A stretch of DNA of 64,000 nucleotides from positions 90,626-154,625 of the forward strand of contig BTWA01000011.1 in assembly GCA_045863295.1 (NCBI GenBank). Direction: 5' to 3'. Source of the DNA: Candidatus Hydrogenedentota bacterium. Its GTDB lineage: Bacteria > Hydrogenedentota > Hydrogenedentia > Hydrogenedentales > SLHB01. The position numbers were made by a program, and so were the translations under genes. Under the pieces are notes generated by a model. That model searched no databases. It was not told the DNA's origin and saw only the letters and a list, made by a program, of their open reading frames with translations. The stretch's first letter is position 1, and the number at the start of each line of letters is the position of its first letter. Shown piece by piece: positions 19,977 through 29,670 of the stretch.

Positions 19977-22484
19977 ATGATTCGGCACATTGTGCTGATC
20001 GTGTGTTTCTTTCCGGCATTGGGCTGCGATCTGGTGCTTGGCCACTGGGACCGGCAGGCATTGCCCATGGTCAAGGGTTCGTTGCGCGTACCGGGCATTC
20101 ACGGCGAAGTCGAGGTGCTGCGCGACGGCCACGGCGTTCCCCATATCTATGCCGGGTCTCAGCGGGATCTCTTTTTTGCTCAGGGGTTTGTTCAGGCGCA
20201 GGACCGGTTCTGGCAAATGGACCTGTTCAGGCGTTACGGGCGTGGCACGATTGGCGAACTGGTGGGCCGCCGGGAGGAAATTGTAACCCAGGACATCTAC
20301 TACCGAACAATTGGCTTATACCGTTCCGCCGAAGAGGAGGTACGCCTGCTTGACGCTGACACGCGAGCGATGTTTGAGGCCTTCGCCGAAGGGGTTAACG
20401 CGTATCTTCGGGGCAAACTTCCGTGCGACCTTTCGGCGGAGTACAGCGCGTTGTCGGCGATTGGGTTGCGTTACAAGATTGACCCGTGGACGCCTGCCGA
20501 TTCATTGGTATGGGGGAAGGTCGTTGCGGAACTGCTCAGCTCGCCAAGTTATGACGAAGGATCCATGGCGCAGGTGCAGGCGGCCATCAGTCCGGAAATG
20601 TTCGCGGAGTGGTTGCCTCCGTTTCCGGATGGGGTGAAACCGACCATTGTTCTTCCAGAGGATTTGCCTTCCGCCAAGGCGGGCATGGGCAGGCGAAGCC
20701 AGAACTACGCGGATTCCGCGGCAGTGACACGCATTCTTCCAGACCGATCGCGGTGGTGGTTTCAGCGCGGCGACGGCATGGGGAGCAACAACTGGATGGT
20801 ATCCGGCGAGCGGACGGCTTCGGGCCGGCCGCTGTTTGCCAATGATCCGCACCTTGCGCCCACGATGATTCCGGGACTGTTCTACGAAGTCGGGTTGCAT
20901 TGCAGCAATGCCACGGAGCCGATGCATTTGGCGGGCTTTGCGTTGGCCACTTCTCCGGGTGTTTTCATCGGACATAACGAGTATATGGCCTGGGGGTTCA
21001 CTGCATCGGGTGCCGATGTACACGACACGTACCGGATTACGGTCAACCCCGCGAATCCGCTGGAATACTGGTGGGATGGCTCGTGGCGGCCGTTTCGCGT
21101 GCGGGAGGAGACCATCCGGTTTGCCGACGGATCGCCGCCGCTTGTGGTTCAGGTTCGCGAAACGCATTTTGGCCCGATCGTGAACGAGCTTCATGTAACG
21201 CCCAACGCAACCGGCACTGCCTTCAACAATGTAGCGCCGCATGCCATCCGGTACACCGTGCTGGAACCGGGCCGCCCGGCGACCGCGCTGAAACGGCTTT
21301 ACAGCGCAAAAAACTGGGTTGAATTTGGCGAGGCAACGGCCTTGTGGGATTATCCCGCGATCAACATTGGATACGCCGACATACACGGCAATATCGGCTA
21401 TCGCCTGTTGGGCAAGATTCCAATTCGAGCGGGCCATCATAGCGGGCTGACGCCGGTATCGGGTTCGGATTCCGCTATGCAGTGGCTGGGATTCATTCCG
21501 TTTGACCATCTACCCAAGGTGTTGAATCCACAGGGCGGCTTGATTGTGAGTGCAAACCAGGTGCCTGCGCCGCAATCGTATTTCGACGGTTTGGCCGACC
21601 AATTGGGTGCTGGTCCAAACTATCATTTTGTGCCTGTGGACAATTTTGGCTATCGGGGAGGCAGGATAATGGACTTGCTGAAGGCCAATACGGCCCACAC
21701 CCCAGACAGCCTCAGAGCCATACAAAGTGATGTGGTTCTGCCGGGGGTGGAAGAAGTCATCCCGTATTTGCGGGAGATCGACATGGGAAGCCCGGAGTTG
21801 AACACGGCCCGGGACTGGTTTGTGGGATGGGACGGCGAATACACGCTGGAAACGTCGCAAGGATTGCTTTATCCCTATTTCCTGACAGCATTGTTTCACG
21901 GCATCTACGACGATCAGGCCGGCGACTGGCCGCCGCTGGTGGAAATCGGGTATTGGTCCGTTTATTTGTTGCTTGCGGATCCAGGCAATGTCTGGTGGGA
22001 CGACACCGCGACGGAACCGGTGGAAACCCGCGATGACATACTGAGGCGGTCGTTTGCTCAAGGACTTGCGGGCGCGGCTAGTTGGTACGGGCCGGATCGC
22101 GGTGCGTGGCGCTGGGGAGACCGACACTATATCCGTTTTACTCACATCCCACTCGGTTACGTCGGCGTTGCGCCCGTGGAGGACTTTTTCAATCGCGGGC
22201 CGCACGAGATTCGCGGGACCAGCGGAACGATCAACATGGCGTCGTGGTCGTTTGTAGACGGCAGCTTCGAGGCGAACTTTATTCCGGTGATCCGGCTCAT
22301 ATGCGACGTTGGCAATTGGGACAACACACGTGCGTTGAACTGTACCGGACAGAGCGGGCATCCGGGATCGCCTCATTACGGTGATCAGATACAAGACTGG
22401 ATCGATGTGAATTTGCACATACAGCCATGGAACCGCCGCGCGGTGGAAGCGGCGTCCGTAAACCGGCTGGTGTTGCACCCTTGA
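19977..22484 (+). CDS. Penicillin acylase family Ntn-hydrolase (peptidase S45), probable lipoprotein
   Basis: RD.HGVPHIYA, AQDRFWQMD, autoproteolysis site G|SNNW, ANDPHL, GQSGHP.SPHY.DQ; ALGC lipobox-like sequence. Confidence 0.93.
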   Translation: MIRHIVLIVCFFPALGCDLVLGHWDRQALPMVKGSLRVPGIHGEVEVLRDGHGVPHIYAGSQRDLFFAQGFVQAQDRFWQMDLFRRYGRGTIGELVGRREEIVTQDIYYRTIGLYRSAEEEVRLLDADTRAMFEAFAEGVNAYLRGKLPCDLSAEYSALSAIGLRYKIDPWTPADSLVWGKVVAELLSSPSYDEGSMAQVQAAISPEMFAEWLPPFPDGVKPTIVLPEDLPSAKAGMGRRSQNYADSAAVTRILPDRSRWWFQRGDGMGSNNWMVSGERTASGRPLFANDPHLAPTMIPGLFYEVGLHCSNATEPMHLAGFALATSPGVFIGHNEYMAWGFTASGADVHDTYRITVNPANPLEYWWDGSWRPFRVREETIRFADGSPPLVVQVRETHFGPIVNELHVTPNATGTAFNNVAPHAIRYTVLEPGRPATALKRLYSAKNWVEFGEATALWDYPAINIGYADIHGNIGYRLLGKIPIRAGHHSGLTPVSGSDSAMQWLGFIPFDHLPKVLNPQGGLIVSANQVPAPQSYFDGLADQLGAGPNYHFVPVDNFGYRGGRIMDLLKANTAHTPDSLRAIQSDVVLPGVEEVIPYLREIDMGSPELNTARDWFVGWDGEYTLETSQGLLYPYFLTALFHGIYDDQAGDWPPLVEIGYWSVYLLLADPGNVWWDDTATEPVETRDDILRRSFAQGLAGAASWYGPDRGAWRWGDRHYIRFTHIPLGYVGVAPVEDFFNRGPHEIRGTSGTINMASWSFVDGSFEANFIPVIRLICDVGNWDNTRALNCTGQSGHPGSPHYGDQIQDWIDVNLHIQPWNRRAVEAASVNRLVLHP

Positions 22485-22654
22485 TCGCGCCTTGACTTGT
22501 TGCTCACGCAGAATAGTCTGGGCTTGAAACGCTGAGGATATCTCACGTGCATACTGTACTTGCATCGCGTTCGACAATGGTGCGTTGGAACTGTTATTAC
22601 ACAGTTAATTGGACAAACTCGTGAAATATCCGGACTAGGACAATTCCCAATCAC

Positions 22655-23554
22655 ATGAACAACTCACCGATTCGATTCGTGCAGACAAGCTTTGGGCTAT
22701 TGCGCGTGTACCAGTGGACCAAGAACCTTCTGGTATTCGCGGCCCTGGTCTTTGCCCAGCAGTTTGACGAGCCGAGCCAGATACTACGCAGTATTGCCGC
22801 CTTTTCGGTGCTTTGCGCCATTTCCAGTGCAGTTTATATTTTCAACGATCTCATTGACATTGAGAAGGACCGAACCCATCCGGAGAAGCGCCACCGGCCT
22901 TTGCCGAGTGGACAGGTAGGCGTTCCTGTGGCGCTGGCTTTCATGCTGCTTCTCGCGGGCGGGAGTCTGGCGGGCGCGTATGCCCTTCGTCCGGCGTTTT
23001 TCCTTTGCGTGTTGATCTACGTGGCCCTGGTTACCGCGTACACTTTGGTGTTGAAACATCTGCTGATTGTCGACGTCTTGGTCATCGCAATTGGATTCGT
23101 CATTCGGGCGGTATCCGGGGCAATTGTGCTCGACGTGGCCTTTTCCAACTGGCTGGTGGTGTGCACCTTGTTTCTTGCGTTGTTTCTGGGGCTGGGCAAA
23201 CGGCGGCGGGAATTGGAGCACTTGGACGACGCGGCGACGTCGCACCGGGCTGTGCTGGGCCTATACACGGTGCGGTATGTGGACGCCCTGATGTTGGTGC
23301 TTGCGGCAACGACCTTGCTCACGTACACGATTTACACGTGCACGCCCGAAGTCATTGAGCGGACGGGTACCGACAAGCTGTATTTGACGCTGCCTTTTGT
23401 CATCTACGGTGTGTTCCGCTATCTGTACATTGTGATGGAGAACAAGGGCGGCGGCGACCCCAGCCGGACCCTTCTGAAGGACACCGCCCTGTTATCGACC
23501 GTATTGTTGTGGGGCGCGGCGTGCATGGTCATTCTGTACACGGGGTCCCACTAG
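22655..23554 (+). CDS. UbiA-family prenyltransferase (decaprenyl-phosphate phosphoribosyltransferase-like)
   Basis: QWTKNLLVF, Y..ND..D...DR.HP.KR.RP..SG, GKRR.E, GVFRYL, DP. Confidence 0.9.
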   Translation: MNNSPIRFVQTSFGLLRVYQWTKNLLVFAALVFAQQFDEPSQILRSIAAFSVLCAISSAVYIFNDLIDIEKDRTHPEKRHRPLPSGQVGVPVALAFMLLLAGGSLAGAYALRPAFFLCVLIYVALVTAYTLVLKHLLIVDVLVIAIGFVIRAVSGAIVLDVAFSNWLVVCTLFLALFLGLGKRRRELEHLDDAATSHRAVLGLYTVRYVDALMLVLAATTLLTYTIYTCTPEVIERTGTDKLYLTLPFVIYGVFRYLYIVMENKGGGDPSRTLLKDTALLSTVLLWGAACMVILYTGSH

Positions 23555-23653
23555 AGTCCTCTTGCCTTGTCCCCCTTTCCGTGCACTCGATTTTTGGCGG
23601 TTGCCAAATTACAATAGCCGCAGAGGCGGAGCGAAATTCGGGGGGACTTTTTC

Positions 23654-24970
23654 ATGGGCCAGCGGAAGCAGCAATTGGAGGTTGAGCAGAACGCACGGAG
23701 GATGGTCGCCCTCATTTTGGGCGGCGGTAGAGGCACGCGCCTGTTCCCGCTGACGCTGGAGCGGGCGAAACCGGCGGTTCCGTTGTCCGGGCGTTACCGA
23801 CTTGTCGACATCCCCATCAGCAATTGCATTCATTCCAACGTCAACCGTATTTTTCTTCTAACGCAATTCAACAGTACGTCGCTGCACCGGCATATCACGC
23901 ATACGTATAAGTTTGACAACTTTTCGAATGGTTTTGTCGAGATTCTTGCGGCCGAACAGACGACTGAATCCGGCGATTGGTACCAAGGGACGGCCGACGC
24001 CATTCGTCAGCACTTGAAGCATATTGGTAATCAGCATGCGAGCCACTACCTGATACTTGCGGGCGACCACTTGTACCGCATGGATTACCGCGAAATGTTG
24101 GAAACGCATTTAGCCAACGACGCGGACATTACGGTTTCGGTGTTGCCTGTAAACAAGCGTGCGGCGAAGTCGTTTGGCGTATTGAAAGTGCGCAAAGACG
24201 GCCGTATTGCGCAATTTTTCGAGAAGCCGAGCACGGAGGATCAACTTGTCAATCTGGTGACGCCCCCCGAAGTGTTTGAGAACTTTGGCCTGCAGGCGGG
24301 AGGCAAGGAGTATCTAGCCTCCATGGGCATGTATATTTTCAAGCCGCACGTTATGGAAAGTCTATTGCGCGAACACAAGGAATGGGTGGATTTTGGGAAG
24401 GATGTGATACCGAATTCGTTGAAGGGTTTTCGCGTCTATTCCCATATTTTTCATGGATATTGGGAAGACATCGGGACTATCCGGTCGTATTACGAAACGA
24501 GCCTGCAAATGGTCCAGGCCAATCCGCACTTCACGTTTCACACAGCCGGCAAACCGATTTATACGCGTCCGCGATACCTTCCGGGGCCGCGCATTCAGGA
24601 CGCGCAAGTCAAAGACAGCATCATCTGTGAAGGCAGCCACATTCACAGTGCCACGATAACTCAATCCATCGTTGGAATTCGGATGATTGTCCAGCCGGGT
24701 GTGGTGATCGAGAGCTCGATTATCATGGGCAACGATTTTTATGTGGGCGAGCGGGAGCGGAAGTTTACCATCCCCATGGGAATTGGCCAGGGATCTCGAA
24801 TTTCCCGGGCCATTATCGACAAGAATGCCTGCATTGGCAAAAACGTCATTATCCAGGGATCGGATGAATTGCCGGATTCGGATGGCGAGAACTATGCCAT
24901 TCGCGACGGCATTGTGATTATCCCCAAGAATGCGGTTATTCCGGACGGTACAAAGATCGGGGCCGCCTGA
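23654..24970 (+). CDS. glgC: Glucose-1-phosphate adenylyltransferase
   Basis: GGGRGTRLFPLT..RAKPAVP, WYQGTADA, GDHLYRMDY, FFEKP, DFG, YWEDIGT. Confidence 0.97.
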   Translation: MGQRKQQLEVEQNARRMVALILGGGRGTRLFPLTLERAKPAVPLSGRYRLVDIPISNCIHSNVNRIFLLTQFNSTSLHRHITHTYKFDNFSNGFVEILAAEQTTESGDWYQGTADAIRQHLKHIGNQHASHYLILAGDHLYRMDYREMLETHLANDADITVSVLPVNKRAAKSFGVLKVRKDGRIAQFFEKPSTEDQLVNLVTPPEVFENFGLQAGGKEYLASMGMYIFKPHVMESLLREHKEWVDFGKDVIPNSLKGFRVYSHIFHGYWEDIGTIRSYYETSLQMVQANPHFTFHTAGKPIYTRPRYLPGPRIQDAQVKDSIICEGSHIHSATITQSIVGIRMIVQPGVVIESSIIMGNDFYVGERERKFTIPMGIGQGSRISRAIIDKNACIGKNVIIQGSDELPDSDGENYAIRDGIVIIPKNAVIPDGTKIGAA

Positions 24971-24985
24971 CCTGCTGAGAGAGCA

Positions 24986-26434
24986 ATGACTTCTTCCCCC
25001 CAGAAGGAATTTCGCTGGTACGAAGGCTTGGCCATTCTATTTGGAATGATCGGCATTCAGCTGATGAGCGAAATCCTTGCGTTGTGGGGCACCTATTTCT
25101 ATTCTCCGCCACCGGATTCCGGCCGGATTGTCTATGTTTCGATTGGCATGGCGTCGGTGATTTTCGCGGTAGGGAGCATATTCGATGCCATTACCGACCC
25201 GTTAGTGGGGGCGTGGTCGGACCAGACCCGCACCACGCCGGGTTGGGGCCGCCTTATACCCCTGCGCGGGCGCCGCAGGCCGTTCATCTTCTGGGGCGGG
25301 TTGATGATGGTGGGGACCAGCGTGTTGTTCTGGTATCCCCCGGTGCCTCACGAATCCGCGGCGAACCTCATCTATGGTTGTCTCATGCTCTGTCTGCACT
25401 GGTTCGCATTCACGATTGCCATGGTGCCTCTGAATTCCCTCGCTCCGGAGATAGCACGATCGCAGGAAGGCCGTATTCGCATCGGGCAGTGGGTGGCGAT
25501 TGGCATGATCGTTGGGCTGGCCATAGCCAATATTGCGCCGGCCATGTTGTTGGAACCTCTTGACACCGGGCGCGCCGCGGCCAATGCGGCCGGGGATGTC
25601 ATTTCGCCACAAGGCTATCGCAACGTTGCGCTGTTGTTTGGAATCATCTCTCTGGTTTGCTTTTGGTTTCCGGTATTCGCGATTCGGGAACGTTACGAAC
25701 ACGTGGAGGGGGCCAATGCGACCGCCACGATCCGGGAGTTGGTGCAGGCGCTGACGAACCGGGTATTCGTCATGTATTTATTGGCCTTTTTCTGTTTCAG
25801 CATCGGGCTTTTGGCAACGCAACGCGCCCTCCCCTACTGGATTACCGTGGGGCTGGGGCAGAAGGAAGAAGCGTTGACGATGCTCATGGGTCCGTTCATC
25901 GTGTCCGCGCTGGTGTCCTCGGTGTTGTTCATGCCTTTGCTTTCGAAACGGCTGAAACCGAAATGGCTCTTGTTCCTGTCGTTTGTCCTTATGAGTCTTG
26001 CCATGCCCGCCATGTATCCGGTCGCGATAGCGCCGATTGATGGCAACACGAAATTGCTTTTGGGCGCGGTGCTATTCAGCATCTCCGGTCTGGGTCAAGG
26101 AATACAATACGTGGTGATTGTGTCGCTGTTGGGTGAGATCATCGACCTGGACGAACAACGCAGGGGTGAACGGAGAGAGGCCGTGTACAACGGCGCCAGC
26201 GGTTTGGCCTTCAAGGTGGGGCAAGCGTTTTCGGTTATTGTGGCCGCGCAGTCGATGAATGTTTTTGGGAATACGCCCAATGAACCGCTGGGCATTTATC
26301 TGGTTGGTCCTATTGCGGGCATGTTTGCGCTGGCGGGTATGGTGGTGGTGTGGTTCTATCCGGTCTTGCATGTCACTCCCGCCACGGCTGCCGAAGTGGT
26401 CAGGTCATCGCGCGATAGACCAACTGAGCCGTAA
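24986..26434 (+). CDS. MFS transporter, GPH/MelB-like sugar:cation symporter
   Basis: FDAITDPLVG..SD, GRRRPFI, E.ID.DE...G.RREA.Y; about 12 TM. Confidence 0.88.
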   Translation: MTSSPQKEFRWYEGLAILFGMIGIQLMSEILALWGTYFYSPPPDSGRIVYVSIGMASVIFAVGSIFDAITDPLVGAWSDQTRTTPGWGRLIPLRGRRRPFIFWGGLMMVGTSVLFWYPPVPHESAANLIYGCLMLCLHWFAFTIAMVPLNSLAPEIARSQEGRIRIGQWVAIGMIVGLAIANIAPAMLLEPLDTGRAAANAAGDVISPQGYRNVALLFGIISLVCFWFPVFAIRERYEHVEGANATATIRELVQALTNRVFVMYLLAFFCFSIGLLATQRALPYWITVGLGQKEEALTMLMGPFIVSALVSSVLFMPLLSKRLKPKWLLFLSFVLMSLAMPAMYPVAIAPIDGNTKLLLGAVLFSISGLGQGIQYVVIVSLLGEIIDLDEQRRGERREAVYNGASGLAFKVGQAFSVIVAAQSMNVFGNTPNEPLGIYLVGPIAGMFALAGMVVVWFYPVLHVTPATAAEVVRSSRDRPTEP

Positions 26435-27194
26435 TCAGGGCAAGTAGCGTTCCCATCACAATTCGTCTTCGGCGTAGTGTAAGCCATGCATTCAGACGGC
26501 GGCCGGGCCAGCCGGCGAATACGGCGCCAATAAAGACCACCGGAGCAAGCGCAACGTTGACCTGACCATATGTCCATGGCAAATGGACAGTCTGCGGCGC
26601 GAACACGTGGGCAAGCGTGCCTGATGTACAGGTCATGATGATGACCATGTTCGACAGCGCCACCACGCGTTCATTTATGCACAGGCCGGCCATCAACGCC
26701 ATGGGCACGATGGTCACACCGCCGCCGGTGCCGGTAGCCCCTCCAATCAGACCGGCGATGAATCCTATACCGACCGCGGCCGCTGTGCGCTTTCGGACTT
26801 CTTCCTTGGTAACCTTTCGCTCCTTAATGAAGAAAGATCGCACGGCGACAAACCCCAGCAGGCCGATGAAGATATAGGTGACAACATGTTCTGGCAGGAG
26901 AGAGGTAAACCAGCCGCCCAGATATGCTCCCACGATGGATCCACACGACAATGTCAGTGCGAGCCGGTACGGGATGTCCTTGTGTCCACGATTGAGATAC
27001 CAGGCGCTGAGGGATGATATGAACATAATGGCAAACAGGCTGGTGCCTTTGGCCGTGTTCATGTCCATCTCTGGAACGAACGCCAGGAATGCCGGCACCA
27101 TGAGGATGCCGCCTCCCAGACCCAGGGCGTTGCTGATTAACCCGGCGCCGAAGCCCACCAGGAGCATTTCTCCGAGAAGCATGTAGAGGTCCAT
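26400..27194 (-). CDS. Sulfite exporter TauE/SafE family protein
   Basis: Duplicated G.GGG...VP motif; A.GTSL; about 8 TM. Confidence 0.9.
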   Translation of the reverse strand: MDLYMLLGEMLLVGFGAGLISNALGLGGGILMVPAFLAFVPEMDMNTAKGTSLFAIMFISSLSAWYLNRGHKDIPYRLALTLSCGSIVGAYLGGWFTSLLPEHVVTYIFIGLLGFVAVRSFFIKERKVTKEEVRKRTAAAVGIGFIAGLIGGATGTGGGVTIVPMALMAGLCINERVVALSNMVIIMTCTSGTLAHVFAPQTVHLPWTYGQVNVALAPVVFIGAVFAGWPGRRLNAWLTLRRRRIVMGTLLALITAQLVYRAMT

Positions 27195-27290
27195 GTGTCA
27201 CTCTTCAGGGGTATGTATTTCAATTTTCCAGATTTCAGGAGTGTAGCGAAGTTCTTGCGGATTTCTACAGCCTGCGCGTGAATTTCCTGT

Positions 27291-27319
27291 TTGCGTGCCA
27301 TGCAAGGCAACGGTAAAAT
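27291..27319 (+). promoter_or_regulatory. Sigma70-type promoter immediately before the acyltransferase start
   Basis: TTGCGT-N17-TAAAAT, ending 9 nt before ATG 27329. Confidence 0.55.
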
Positions 27320-27328
27320 TCCGGACCT

Positions 27329-28444
27329 ATGTATGAAGTGTACTCATTTGCCCTTTTGGCATGGCGGTTCATTCTGTACTTTGCTTACAGATTGGGCCTT
27401 CGATCGTGTCCGACATTTCGGGACATGTACCCCGAAGGCGTCGTCGCATTTGACCGGATGATGGGCTGGCCACGTGTCCTTCGGCCGGGCGGTTTGGAGC
27501 ATTGTCCCAAGTCCGGCCCGGTGCTTTTTGCCGCGAATCACATCAAAAAGGACGATCCCTTCATCATGTATCGCACGACGCATCACGCGCATCAGGGCGC
27601 TTATCCGGTGCGTTACATGATGCGCGACGACTTCTTTGCGTCAATGAAGAAGCGGCGGATGCTGGATATTGATGAACTGGCGGTTATGGCGGGGGCCATG
27701 CTCATCAACCGGGAGCACCCCAAACTCTCCCAGTTGCGTCCTTTCATTCAAGAATTACTGGACGGCCACGGTTTCATCATGTACCCCAGCGGCACCCGGA
27801 CCCGAAGCGGGCTATTCTTCGAATATCGCGACGATAACGATGAGCCCGGCGGCATGATGTTCTTTATTGCTCAAGCGCAAAACCGGCGTCCGGAACTGCG
27901 CGTTCCCGCGGTTCCGATGGCGCGAACGTACAATATGATCACGAAGAAAAGCGCCATCATTCTGGGAGAACCGGTGTATTTGCCTGAGGGTGCGGACAAG
28001 CATGTGCAGCGCGATCTCGATTTCGAAATGATCCGCCGAGTGGCAGCTCTTGTGGAAGTAAATGTTTCGCAATTGGTATGCGGTCTATTGTACTTGCGTG
28101 TTTTGCATGGGCTTTCCGCGGTCGTATCCAAGCATGAGCTTGTGCAAGACGCAGGCATTGCTTTGCGCAAGGTTACCCACCCGCTTGTCGACCCGGACGC
28201 CGAATCTACACTCGTGGGACAGGTAACGGCTACGGTCGAATTTCTGGCCGCTTCGGGGTGTGTAATGTGCTCCGGCGACGAGATTCGAATCGACCGGGAG
28301 CGAGTACTTTCCGCGCCCCCGTTGGATACGGAATACGTGAAACAGAATCCTGTGAAATATATTTTGAACCACGTCATCCATTTGGCCGACGTGGTTTCTG
28401 CCCTTGAACACGCCGTGTTGGACCGCGAACCTCCGGCTGTGTAG
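27329..28444 (+). CDS. PlsC/GPAT-family lysophospholipid acyltransferase with C-terminal extension
   Basis: NHIKKDD (HX4D), MYPSGTR (PEGTR-like), VPAVP. Confidence 0.85.
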   Translation: MYEVYSFALLAWRFILYFAYRLGLRSCPTFRDMYPEGVVAFDRMMGWPRVLRPGGLEHCPKSGPVLFAANHIKKDDPFIMYRTTHHAHQGAYPVRYMMRDDFFASMKKRRMLDIDELAVMAGAMLINREHPKLSQLRPFIQELLDGHGFIMYPSGTRTRSGLFFEYRDDNDEPGGMMFFIAQAQNRRPELRVPAVPMARTYNMITKKSAIILGEPVYLPEGADKHVQRDLDFEMIRRVAALVEVNVSQLVCGLLYLRVLHGLSAVVSKHELVQDAGIALRKVTHPLVDPDAESTLVGQVTATVEFLAASGCVMCSGDEIRIDRERVLSAPPLDTEYVKQNPVKYILNHVIHLADVVSALEHAVLDREPPAV

Positions 28445-28466
28445 TGGGTGTGGAATCTGGCGTTCG

Positions 28467-29012
28467 TCAGTTTTGCGATGTGGATTTGATGGACGTGGAC
28501 TTGCGAATGCATTCGCTTGGGCAAACGAAGTGCCGGGTCCGGTTCGACGCATCGAGCGGTGGCACGCCTTCGCCTTCCACGTGAGCAAACGGGCACTTCC
28601 CGCGAAAGATGACCTGAGCTTCGTCGATATGCACGCCCGGCAGATTGGGGTCGATGCACGGCTTGGATTGAATCAGACAGGGCACGTCGAATATGGCCGA
28701 ACATTCGCGGCATACGAAATGGTGGTGCCACTCCAAGGCCAACTCATATAGTGTTCTTCCGGGTCCTGCATCCGCCACCATCACCAGCAGGCTGTCCGTC
28801 AAGTCTTTCATCACGTTGTACACGGAGGCGCGGGGCAACGCCGTTCCGCGATCGCGCAACGCGTCCAACAGATCATCAACCGAATGGTGTCCGCCCAGTT
28901 CGTGCAGCAGTTTGAGCACGATAAGGCGGGGTTGCGTTACACGCAACCCCGCTTGACGGAGACGGTCGGCAAACTCGGCTTCGGTTATTTTTCTTGTGCT
29001 TGCATCATCCAC
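28467..29012 (-). CDS. Fur-family regulator (FurA/PerR-like)
   Basis: GLRVT.PR, SVYN, HHHFVCREC..I.DV.C......C, IDEAQV.FRG.C; GTG start inside the dps 3' end. Confidence 0.9.
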   Translation of the reverse strand: MDDASTRKITEAEFADRLRQAGLRVTQPRLIVLKLLHELGGHHSVDDLLDALRDRGTALPRASVYNVMKDLTDSLLVMVADAGPGRTLYELALEWHHHFVCRECSAIFDVPCLIQSKPCIDPNLPGVHIDEAQVIFRGKCPFAHVEGEGVPPLDASNRTRHFVCPSECIRKSTSIKSTSQN

Positions 29013-29485
29013 AATTGCTTCTCCAATGTCTGTATGATGCCGATTAACACGTCTTCGGAAACGGCGTCCACTTCGCCAACGGCGTCCTGATGCAGGCGCA
29101 GGCGATTCACCACTGTGGCAATACGATCCGCGATCAGGGTACGGACATTTACATCCATAACCGGGCCTTCTGGAAAAGCTTCCAACCCGGATTGGCGGGC
29201 CACTGTTTGCGCCCGGCCGTCGGGCGCGATGTTCAAGGCGGTCATGCGCTCCGCGATTTCATCGGAAGCAATGCGGTAAGCGTCCACCAATTCATCCAAT
29301 TCCAAGTGGATGGACCGGAAGCCAGGGCCCATCACAACCCAGTGGGCCTGTTTAGCTTGCAATGACAAATCGATCATGTCGGCGAGCGCTGCCTGCAGGG
29401 CATCCCCTACGGTGTCGCGCGCGGCGTCACTCAAGGTGGTCCGTTTCAATTTCATTGTCGGGGCATGCGTTGTTGCGATGGCCAT
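28985..29485 (-). CDS. dps: DNA starvation/stationary-phase protection protein Dps
   Basis: KQAHW.V.G..F..IHL.LDE, DEIAER, LEKQLWM; GGGAGG RBS. Confidence 0.95.
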   Translation of the reverse strand: MAIATTHAPTMKLKRTTLSDAARDTVGDALQAALADMIDLSLQAKQAHWVVMGPGFRSIHLELDELVDAYRIASDEIAERMTALNIAPDGRAQTVARQSGLEAFPEGPVMDVNVRTLIADRIATVVNRLRLHQDAVGEVDAVSEDVLIGIIQTLEKQLWMMQAQEK

Positions 29486-29510
29486 TTCGTATACCTCCCG
29501 AATTATGGCA

Positions 29511-29564
29511 TCAAATCTAAAATTTGACTATGTCTAATATATCATGATTTTTGTTTTGGTGCAA
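29511..29564 (-). promoter_or_regulatory. dps promoter with overlapping inverted-repeat operator
   Basis: Minus strand TTGCAC(29564)-N17-TATATT with TGn extension; ATTTGAC-tat-GTCTAAT (29522-29538) and TCAAAT-N5-ATTTGA (29511-29527). Confidence 0.7.
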
Positions 29565-29670
29565 CTCGCGACAGCGTACTTTCAAATTTTCTTTTTCGGT
29601 TTAAGCCCATTTCGTACAATAGCTTAAGCTTTTTCGATCCGGCGGCCGCGTGCCTTACCAGGAAACGTCA

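Noticed and set aside
22591..22604. LexA SOS box
   Set aside because: CTGT-N6-ACAG spacing does not match CTGT-N8-ACAG
26400..26434. Convergent 3' overlaps (also 2293-2306 and 44261-44277)
   Set aside because: Short tail-to-tail overlaps are common in compact GC-rich genomes
27286..27300. Sigma54 promoter candidates (TGGCAC on the minus strand here and near 39445)
   Set aside because: No TTGC at the required -12 spacing
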